Shown in pieces: positions 53,887 to 64,000 of a stretch of DNA of 64,000 nucleotides (the stretch's first letter is position 1; the number at the start of each line of letters is the position of its first letter). Below the pieces are notes generated by a model, which was not told the DNA's origin, searched no databases, and was given only the letters and a program-made list of their open reading frames with translations. This stretch comes from Tubulanus polymorphus (lineage: Eukaryota > Animalia > Nemertea). Made by a program: the position numbers and the translations under genes. The stretch is from NCBI RefSeq assembly GCF_964204645.1, contig NC_134026.1:2379950-2443949 (forward strand), read 5' to 3'.

Positions 53887-55283
53887 ACTAAGCTACAGTC
53901 GATCTACTCGAAACATTGACAGAATCCTATGTAATGGTCGTGTCTTGATCGCCGATAATCACCAGTATTGCATACACTCCGGCAATTTGTTGCCTAGTAT
54001 CAAGACATTAAATGCTATTAGCCACCTTCTCCCGCACTGTATCAAAGCGACTGCATTGGCATCGAGACCTTTTGATCTACCAGAGCCGGGCCAACTTAAT
54101 GGTATTAGGAAAGAGGGTTTAATGTTATTAAAGTGTAATATCATTCATCCCCGGGAGACCATAGAGACGTAGACCACGACCATCCATAACTTGACTCATC
54201 AATCAATTGCTCCGATAGGCAAAAAACACACACACACAGACACCGACAAAAAAAACCCAGAAAATCTTTTCAGAATTTTCCCATTACATTATTAAGCGGC
54301 GAAAGGCAACGGAGAATGTTAAAAACGATTATGAAGAAGCTTACGAATGAACCCGACGCGAAAGAGTCAGACAGCGTTGAATAGATCCAACATCTCGGTC
54401 CGTCGGAACAGTCATCGATGTAAAATAATAATAGGTGCCAGCACTTAACAGCCATAGCCAATTACTGAGTAGGATACCCCGAGAGATTCGTACAACCATT
54501 ATTTGATTACATTGATCAAGAGCGCCGGCAAATGAGAACTGATCATCATTAGCTGACAATAGAAAATATAAAACATAGCTATTCATACAGAGCGTATACC
54601 AGTATCAGCCCGTTTCTATATTACTCAATGACGCGACGATATATTTCACTTTTAACTGGAAAAAATAAAAGAATCATTTGAAATACATCGACGAACGATT
54701 CAGGTGGCTTTAATTGGTCGTTGCATAAGTATCGTCGACAATAAACCCATATCTTTCTAGCGGTCGGGACGATACACGACCCCCATATTAGCTAAACCAT
54801 TCAGATCGGCAAAAAATATCAGAGCCAATTATTTACTTTACGCGTGCTCCAGTGATCCCATATGCTACACTAGACGACTCGACGCGAATATTGAGCACCA
54901 GAAAATAACACCGATATAATGCAACTTTAATGGCAAACACAAACAAAAACCGCTTCTTTCATCGACTATTAAATAAATTTTTGGCAGAATTAATAAATTA
55001 CGAGCGCTCATTATCAGTCATTTGCTTGTCAATTTCACCGCGTCGGCACAAAGATCGCGCACGTAGTCTAGTGCCCTTTCAATCATTCGTTGAGAGTTTA
55101 TTGCAAATACGGGCGCGCGCGATATATGGGCCATTATCGGTAAAATCGTTCAAACGGTCCAATCATGGCCTGTATGACACCGAAAAGTGGTTATATTCGA
55201 GTCAGCACCCGATACCCCATTACTGAGTCATTAGGCATCATTTTCGTGGTTAGTGATCGATACCTAGTAAATATCATATACGC

Positions 55284-55421
<138 letters not shown>

Positions 55422-58104
55422 GTGTATACATATGGAACATCTATAAAACAATTCAGATATCGTGTAATTAGTGAAAGTTATTGTAAAGTGACGTCTGCAG
55501 AAAAACCAATACGTAAAGTGTTCAATGTTCGTGTGGCGAACGTTCACTGATCGTTGATACAGGCTGTGAACGCGATGAAAAAACTACAACCGCCGATTTC
55601 AAACAGCTTTTCCGATCAATATCAATACAAATCATATTCGAATCAAAATATATTCATAATATGAAACATAGAGGAAGATACATATGTTTGTTGATCTATC
55701 GATGAGATAAAATCAGTTGAAACAATTTAAGATTTAGATTAAGCCAGATTGATGCAGGTCTTCCGACTATCAGCCTATCGACAGATATTGCCATCATTAC
55801 AACTACTAACCGCAAATATGTCATCAGATCTATCAGCTGTTCTGCTGTCTGAATTCAAGGCATTTTTACTTATAAACAAATTAAAGTTTACGCCTGATTT
55901 GGACATTTCATCACCATGCATGATAATCAGATGGTCCACGCTTTGCCCATGAACACAAAAAGTGTCTAAGGTAGGATTGGTACAGCTTCGAGTAAGTCTT
56001 ATTACTCCATGGATTCAGGCAGCGGATTAATACGTGCATCACACATTCACATTCAATGTGCAAGACTGACTGATGACGGCTCGCGTGTGAAAAAAAAAAC
56101 TGACCACTACAGGGAAAATTGAAGACATCGCGGTGTCTCCATTCATGGGTATACGCGCACAGGTAATGAGTAAGTCATTAGCATGTAGACTTCTTACTAA
56201 ACCCCGCGAGCTAGTATATGTAGACAGCGAGAATTCATTAATAAACCAATGATCTCGTTGATTTATCAGGCGATAGACCGACACGTGATGGAAATTCTCG
56301 ATCGTTTCACTTTACAGGTATACGACATCGGAAAAACTCCACCGCGAAAAATATTCACAACGCGTACAACAATGAAATCTATTACCGAAAATATACTCGA
56401 CGCGCGCTATAGAACCCATCTATCGGTATCAAATGATCGATGTATCTCCCGATACGCGGATCACAACGAGTTCGGATTCGGCAGCCGACTCGACGAGATT
56501 ACCATTCAGAAAGCCTCCCAATTAGCACCGGGGACGGCAACAGATAGCTCGTCGCTCGCTGGGGACGCGTGGTTTATAAAGAACGGTTTCACCAAGATAT
56601 GCAACATAAATGATTCATGGGGGTAATTACAGTTTCGCGTATGGAAGGGTGAGTTGACGCGGCAAAAAAACCTGTCATAAACGCCCGACTGGTGACTCAA
56701 GAGATAGATAATGTTTCTATGGGAACTTGTCCATTTGTGCATCGATAAATCAATCAGAGAACCGTTCATGACTTCATACGAATCGCAATTACACTGATGA
56801 AAATGTATCGATTTCGCCGGCGACCGATTTCGAAAACGGTCGTCGACGCCGCTGGACGGTTGACACAATACCGAACGTGTAAACAGACGGCAATGAGGGG
56901 GGGGGGGCGCTCGCGAGACAAAACCCCGTCGCAATCATCAACGCCCGATCGATGAACATTTATCGGTTCAAAGTCATCAATCAAATGTTAAGAGCCAGCG
57001 CCATATGTCATCTGGTTTAGCATACATAATAACTTCTATTATAACAGCTAAGCAAATCAATGAGCCCAGTCAATATTCATAACTCAATTTGCTTGTCCAT
57101 TATTTTTTCTCGCGGCGGCTCGTAAGACCAGAAAATGTTTCCCTTGATCAGCGATTCCGTCAAGTTTAAAACCTTGCATCGATCAGCCAGCGGCGAAAAG
57201 TCCGCGATTTTCTACGCTTCAATTATTGCCGCGAACGCAGGCATGATTAATATGTGAGTGTTAATGATATTGCTCGCATAGACGTCTCATCGGAGCGAAC
57301 GCAACATCAATCAGGTAGAGTTCACAAAACAATACTTCCCGTGATTAGACCCCCTGGCCACGAAACACACAAAGAACGGAATAAGATCAACCAGTGAAAA
57401 CTGAGATACTCACTCGCAGCAGATGAAATCAAACGCGACCGGCCGCCTCCGTCTTTAAAAATCAACAAATCACCAAACCAAAAAAGACCATCAGCAGTCA
57501 GCGGCAGTAACGTAAGTATTACAGCATGCTGTTAATAACACAGACACTGACTGCGCACACTCTCTCTCTCTCCCTCTCTCCCGTTTAAAACACCTGAATA
57601 TTTTTTCCAGCAGGCAAAAGAAACGCAGCGCACGGGGAAGAAGAAGATAGATTACATATACTGATAATGAATGAATATGAAATCGACGGTTTCTTCTTCA
57701 TTCGTTCGTTCGGTTTTTCGAAACATTAATTTTCGCTAGTGTTCGTCGTCGTCGTCGTCGTCGCCGCGCCTGCGACCAGCGCCGCGTGAAATGAACGAAT
57801 TGATGACCCGTAGCGACGAAACGGTCGACATCGACGACAAACGACCCGCAAGAAATCACAATATAACGACAATATTTCAAACGACTCCTCGGCGAGAGAT
57901 TTATACAGATCGATAGGTTTTAATCCTAGTGAATAGAGAAAAATACCTTCGTCGTTTATAAGACCCAGTGCAGTGTCTCGTCATACGCTATACGCACATT
58001 ATATTGTAACGATTCCGGGCAATATTCAACACGTTTACGACAAATAAATCATAATCTGTAAAAACCAGTCTCGGCTCATTTCGATTCCGTTGTAGAATAG
58101 ATTT

Positions 58105-58470
58105 AAGCGGCGATCGCGCAGAGATGATCCCGGTCTAACTAGCCCGGGTCCGAGTCAAATATCAGAGCTCGCTTCCGCAACCAGTGTTAAGATGAGCACG
58201 GGGTCTAACAGGCCGGACACTTTCTGCCTTTCTCTGCATTTTCCATGATATGACATAGAATTCCCAGAGTGAATCCAAGAAATCTCTTCACGTATTGATA
58301 AAAAAAATGAGTGGTCAATAACGTATCCAATTCCCAGAGTTTTCCCAGATTTATTCTAGATTTTTCTGATTCCCAGAGTTTTCCAGGTCAGTGACGACCC
58401 TGTGTGAGCGGGCTGAATTTGGCCCTAGTCAAACAGGACCGATTTGGCGCCAGTGTTAACAGTTGGCTGT
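58105..58470 (+). mobile_element. Highly diverged AGCCGCGATCAC-family MITE with a nested CCCTG-ended repeat
   Basis: Starts aagcggcgatcgcgcagagatgat and contains ccgagtcaaat. ccagagttttccag...gtcagtgac.accctg at 58372-58402 matches 32483-32521. Confidence 0.45.
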
Positions 58471-61400
58471 GATTATAAACGCTTGTGTAACAGCAGCTTC
58501 GAGCTCAACTTCAGCGCATCGATTTAACAAACCAATTTTTCAAATGATCGTGCATATTTTCATTCTCTGAAAACCAGATCGATTGTTTCGAGAGCGAATT
58601 TTACGACTTTTCCAAAACATACACTCTCTTTTTTTCTCGAGTATATCGTTACATATGCACCGCGCGGCCTATCAACATCAGTTTTTTTAGGCGACAACCC
58701 GGCGCTCGAAATCTTTCAATAACGCTCATACGTATCGACGTATCAACGCAAAACCGATGCGGGCACGGCTCGAAATATTTTTCGACTATCGATACTTCGC
58801 CGAAGCATTAATAATTCAGGTCCTCATCTCGCGTTTTCTTTAGAAAACCGCCTATCAAATATGCGCACACTTCATCGCGCGAGTGTTTTTCAATAGCGGC
58901 TTTACATAATTGGTCGTATCGATATTATAAATCTGTAATAACACGTACGCGAAAAACATCAATTCCGAAACGATGCTTTCATAAAATAACATGCATATGC
59001 GAAATTGATTAGCGCCGTATCGATTTGAATCGGGGCGCACAAATTTGCCGATATTACATGAGAGAGCGCGCCAGCCTACGAACGAACGAGCGCATACGTT
59101 TTACATTAACCTATATCGTATAACAGCCGAAATCAACGATACAAAATCTATAAATGTTGCCACATCTGATGTTTAAAAATCGTCGGTTATGAAATCCGGC
59201 GTAAAAAAGGTAAATCATTAGCGACAGAAAAGGCTGCTTCATAAACGAGACTTCGATTGATAAGGTGTCGGCTTTGTGAATATGGAGTTAGTTAAAACAC
59301 ACTAAATGACTTGGAAATTTCGAAATTCATAAAGTTTCAAATCATCAAACAGATTTTCTAAAATCAAGCATATTCAATATGGTATTTACGATAAACAAGA
59401 AATTTTCCATTCGAATGGCCCTAGTCAAAGCGGCATGAACGTTGATGATAGAATCCATCTTATTGAAACTAATATCCGATCAGAAATATCTCGTATTTTG
59501 TAGCAGTGTCAATTCACCATCAAAATCAACTAAATTTGTTACATCTATTTTTGGTTACCTACTCGCGGATTAAATTGCCATAAAACAATTTTTCAGGACC
59601 AAATGAAATAATCATGTTGTATGACAAAACTTTGCAATCACGAGCGTGATAATGGTAGAACTATTCCATGTGATTAGGTTACGGGTGTATGGGGGAGGGG
59701 GGCATCTCAGAAACTATGAAACTCTGAACAATGACGTAAAAACTGCAGTATTTTGGAATTTAGGGCTGGGAAAATTTTTCCAGAATTCAATCCCAATTCA
59801 AAAATCGACTAACATTATATGAAACCCGAGCAAGTTTCAGGACGTTTCAGAGTTTCAATCAGAGGTTATCCTGTTATTGTAAATTTTTATGTCAAGACGA
59901 TAATAGTAATAGTTGGTCCTGAGAAATTAATAAAGGTTTATTAGGATTCTCATTCAAGTACAATTACTTATTTCCAACTAAAGAAACGACACCGTGAAGC
60001 CAAGTCCAATGAGTGATCTGCCCTCAGGTGGATTTAACTACGAAGAAGAACTCCCGGTTAAAGGGCATTTTACTACTCAGGAAGAATCGCATTTCTATCC
60101 TGTTAGTTGTGAACGAAATCTATTCAGCTTTAGAAACTATTGTTGTCTGGTCATTGATTAATTCTCTTCTGCCACCGATTGAATAACAAAACATATCCAC
60201 CACGAGGAGCGAGGTTAATACCTCAGCAACCATTTTATAACTCGTCCCTGAAAGTGCCGCGGGTTAGATTTTTGATGACTCATTCGCGACCATTTCGCGG
60301 TGTCTAACTACGAGAGAGAGAGACCGTCAAATTCAACCACGTGTCAGATTCAATGTTAGTTAAATCTATGGTAAAGAAATTGGACGAATCTTTTTCCTTC
60401 TCAACACGGATCGAATAACAGCCGTGCAACTGAGTAATTGCTTACCGTAGCAATCGGTAAAAACCGAACGCGACAATACCGCTAGAAAACATTGATTATA
60501 GCTTTATGGAAATATCTATAACAACCGGTTGATTTGTATTGGGTGAATAAATTTTTCTCGTTTTTTATGCATTGGGTGTGGTTTTTACCAATAAGTAACC
60601 AGATTTTTGTGGCTTACGTTGTAATAAGGTAACATGTAATTTCGCCTGTTGCCATATTTTCAACTGTCACAACTATTGAACTGCATCCGAAATAACCGGC
60701 GAGTCAGAATTTCTACGTTACAGCACTTCTATGTCGAAATAGACCTAACACAAATCATTTTCAATTGTTTAGATTTTCAGAGTTTAATTAGCGAAAATCA
60801 GCGATCGAAATCAAAAAATTTGTTAAATTTCGTTAAAATAATCCAAGAAATTACGGAAAACGATATTTCAAGAAGTTTTAAATAATTTTAAAGAACTGGT
60901 TCGTAAGATTTTTCAATCATTCGCAAGGTCAGCGCGGAGACTACGTTGATCCGAGGCGGTGAATCAGACAGAGCTCCAGTCACAACACAAAGCAACAGCA
61001 ATCACAGAGAAGAGATAACCTGACTGTTGGGGATGTGTGAGCGGGTTATTAATCATCAAAAATGGAATCGAATGAAAACACATTTCACCCCGACACACAA
61101 ACAAACAGACACATCACCGGCAACCTCGACTAAACACAGAAATAATAGAAAGTTCTAGCGTTTTTGTAAATCGATGCAGGTTTGATTGTTTCTAGGTTCT
61201 GATTCCCGCGCGAGCTAGCGAACGATCGATCGATTCAGGCAAACAGATTGCGCAGGCAATGGATGGATACGTATACAAAATACTGACTGAAACAGATCAA
61301 TGACGCGCAACAACTGATGAGAAATGTGCATCAAAAATGAAACCAGTTTAACCCCGTTTAACTCGGCGTTTTATCTAATGAATGATCAATATACGCATTG

Positions 61401-62017
61401 TCAAAAACAAAAAACAATACATTCACTTTTTACACAGAATTTCTAAAAATTTAATTATAATTCAATTTTTCCCCTGCATCAACTAGTAAGTAGCTCGATT
61501 ATGGCAGTTTCCTGTTGGCTTTTTGTCAAGTTACTAATAACTGAAATGAAAGAATATCCCGATAGTATAAAATATATTTCTGACATCACCATTAGAAGGT
61601 GTTAGATTTAACTCTACCCTATATTTTCTTGTTTAGAAACTTTTAAGGCAAACTGGGAAACCGGACTGAAATACGAGATACTGACAGTTGAAGATCTTAG
61701 AAGATACTCTCCGTAATCATATAAATAAAACTTTGCAGTAGCGTCTTGCAAAAAGTATTTTACCCAAACAGAGTTCATCACGGTCTCGCTCCGATCATAT
61801 CGAAACTAAAACGAACGCGTGTTTTCTTTTTTCAATTAAGTGACAAATACGTTCGACCAATACGATCAAATACAGTTCCGAATGGGCGGCGCCCGTAAAA
61901 AAAAAAAACAAAAACAAAGATAACGAACGGCGGTGAGACAACGTACGCTTTAAGGATGAATAGATGCTTCTGATTTGCCATAAGAAAATATGCGAGCAAA
62001 TAAAAAAGACACATGAC

Positions 62018-62019
<2 letters not shown>

Positions 62020-62053
<34 letters not shown>
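62020..62053. repeat. (TA)n microsatellite
   Basis: Perfect TA run. Confidence 0.9.
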
Positions 62054-62059
<6 letters not shown>

Positions 62060-64000
62060 ACAGATTAATGCGGATGCTACCATGACAATGAAACGTATCG
62101 AAAAAACGAACCCGGCTCAAATAGCTGAAAGGCATATAATGACATATCGCGCGGATCAATTTTCATAGACTTTTTAATCGTTTCGAAACAGAAATATGAA
62201 AGACGAGTAACAGATTTAATTGTAACGAGAATAAAGCTGGATCTAACGTGTATATATATTTTTTCGCCCCTCCTCGACGTTAACGCGTAGTATCGAAATC
62301 GATCGCGACTTCGCGTACAAAATTCACGCCCAATACATGTACGATAATATTGAATGTCGGGTGTAAAATTATCAGTATCGAGTTTTAGATTCGTCGATAG
62401 TTGAAAAATACGGATGTCACACCTGTTTTTTAATACATTTTTTTGATCGACATATTGTAATTCGATATTTCGTCGTCGTCGTCGTATTATTTGGTCGGCT
62501 AAAAGATAGAAACGCCGCTTATGATAATAATATATCTACGCATAATCTATAACAATAGGTGAAACGCGTGTAAAACAGTACATCTGCCGCAATTGATTAT
62601 CATCAATACAAAACGAAAATTATGCAAAAATAATTCGAAACCGGTGAAAGAACATATTGTTCTAAGCCGATCGGAACGAAAAGTACCGACGTTTTAAAAT
62701 CAAAAATGCCATAAATGTTCGTAAAACCCATATGTATAGAATAATACATATGATTTATTCATACTCAAATTTCATAATTTCGCAATATCTACGAGTGATT
62801 TATTTAAATTCAAATTTTAACATACACGCCTCATCAATCATGACTCAAATCCGCAAAACCGACTAAATCCGTTTTCACGAAAATATATCGATTTTTCAAC
62901 TACGAAATTCGCTCCTAATCAAAATACAATATGAAAATTATCATGCTTATATTAGGGATGAAAGTAACTGGCCAATCACGAAAGAGATTCCCGTGTTTCA
63001 GGCTGTCAAGCGCCGATGCTAGCAGTACCAATCCTGCCATCACAATATGATATTGTCATTGCTGTCACCAGGGGTGAGAGTTGGATACTGGTTACCATGG
63101 TAATGCCAACATCTTCTGAACATCTTGGTATATCTATCGACTATATGTTTGCGGAAAGATAACGGCGTACCTGTTGCAAGGGGGCACGAAAAACAACCTT
63201 AATTAATCAGTTATATTAACATAATGTGCTCGGCGATAAACTCATCGATTCTTCTATTAGACTTTACATCCGAAAGTAGCTACATCAAACGTCATTTGAA
63301 TTGAATACGGTAAATATTCATGAAATCTCCGAACTTTACTCGGAGATAACTTAATATGCATGAAAGTAATTCAATCAAATTCGTGCCCAGGCTCTAATCC
63401 AATCTACAAGAAAGTATATTTCAAAATAAAATGTGAAATGAACAGTTTAACCGAACCTGTTCATTTTGAAATACATATATAAAATATTAAACTTTTCAAA
63501 ACTATGTTCAGAATAATGATCTTCTACTTGTTCATAGCTGCAATAATTCTCGAATAATCATCCAGTAAAATCAATTATAAATTCTAATACGTTAAGATTC
63601 AGATTAAGATTCAAAGTAATTTCCTATATAAGATTTAATCTATTCAACCTCTATCCGATGAAATATGATTTGAAGACTCAGTCACACAATCAAAAAAAAA
63701 AATAAGTAAATTCTCTTTCATTAAAACAAAAGTACTGCAAGCAATAACCCAAATTTGAAAAAGCAGTGAGTTACATGAGTAGGCCTACACCGATATAGGA
63801 TTTCATGGATGATTCTTTTAATAATAGAAAACAAAAATGAATAGAAATCATTTGATAATTAAGTTCTCAAGTGAACCTACAAACAAAAACTTGAGAAAAT
63901 AAACCAACCAACCAACCCACTTGCAGGCTAACTCCTATTTAGGTCCCTACACTCAACTGTGTATGATGAACTATAAAAAAAAAACAACTGAAAATCCAAC

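Noticed and set aside
63165-63200. CAACAG|GTACG donor on the minus strand as the end of the missing exon 1
   Set aside because: The upstream translation does not resemble the CASP/CUX first-exon peptide.

Overview
Eukaryotic, AT-rich, intron-containing DNA from an invertebrate animal; CpG does not look depleted by eye, and a lophotrochozoan-like source is only a guess. The window is almost entirely one large minus-strand gene, a CUX/Cut-class homeobox gene with the CUX1/CASP architecture. I reconstructed 16 GT-AG exons between 52249 and the stop codon at 3187. They total 4320 nt (1439 aa plus stop) and every splice phase is compatible. Eleven small exons spread over about 44 kb encode the CASP-shared coiled coil. 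Five tightly packed exons encode CUT1, CUT2, CUT3 and a His50 homeodomain. Neither the first coding exon nor CASP-specific 3' exons were found in the window. The introns carry many MITEs (piggyBac-like with TTAA TSD, Harbinger-like with CWG TSD, one CAG-ended element with a 6-bp TSD), three minisatellites (25, 24 and 29 bp), microsatellites and a (TA)n-centred palindrome. I found no prokaryote-type system. The most interesting unexplained signals are candidate intronic promoters and alternative first exons that would splice in frame into the coiled-coil exons; all of these are untested inference.
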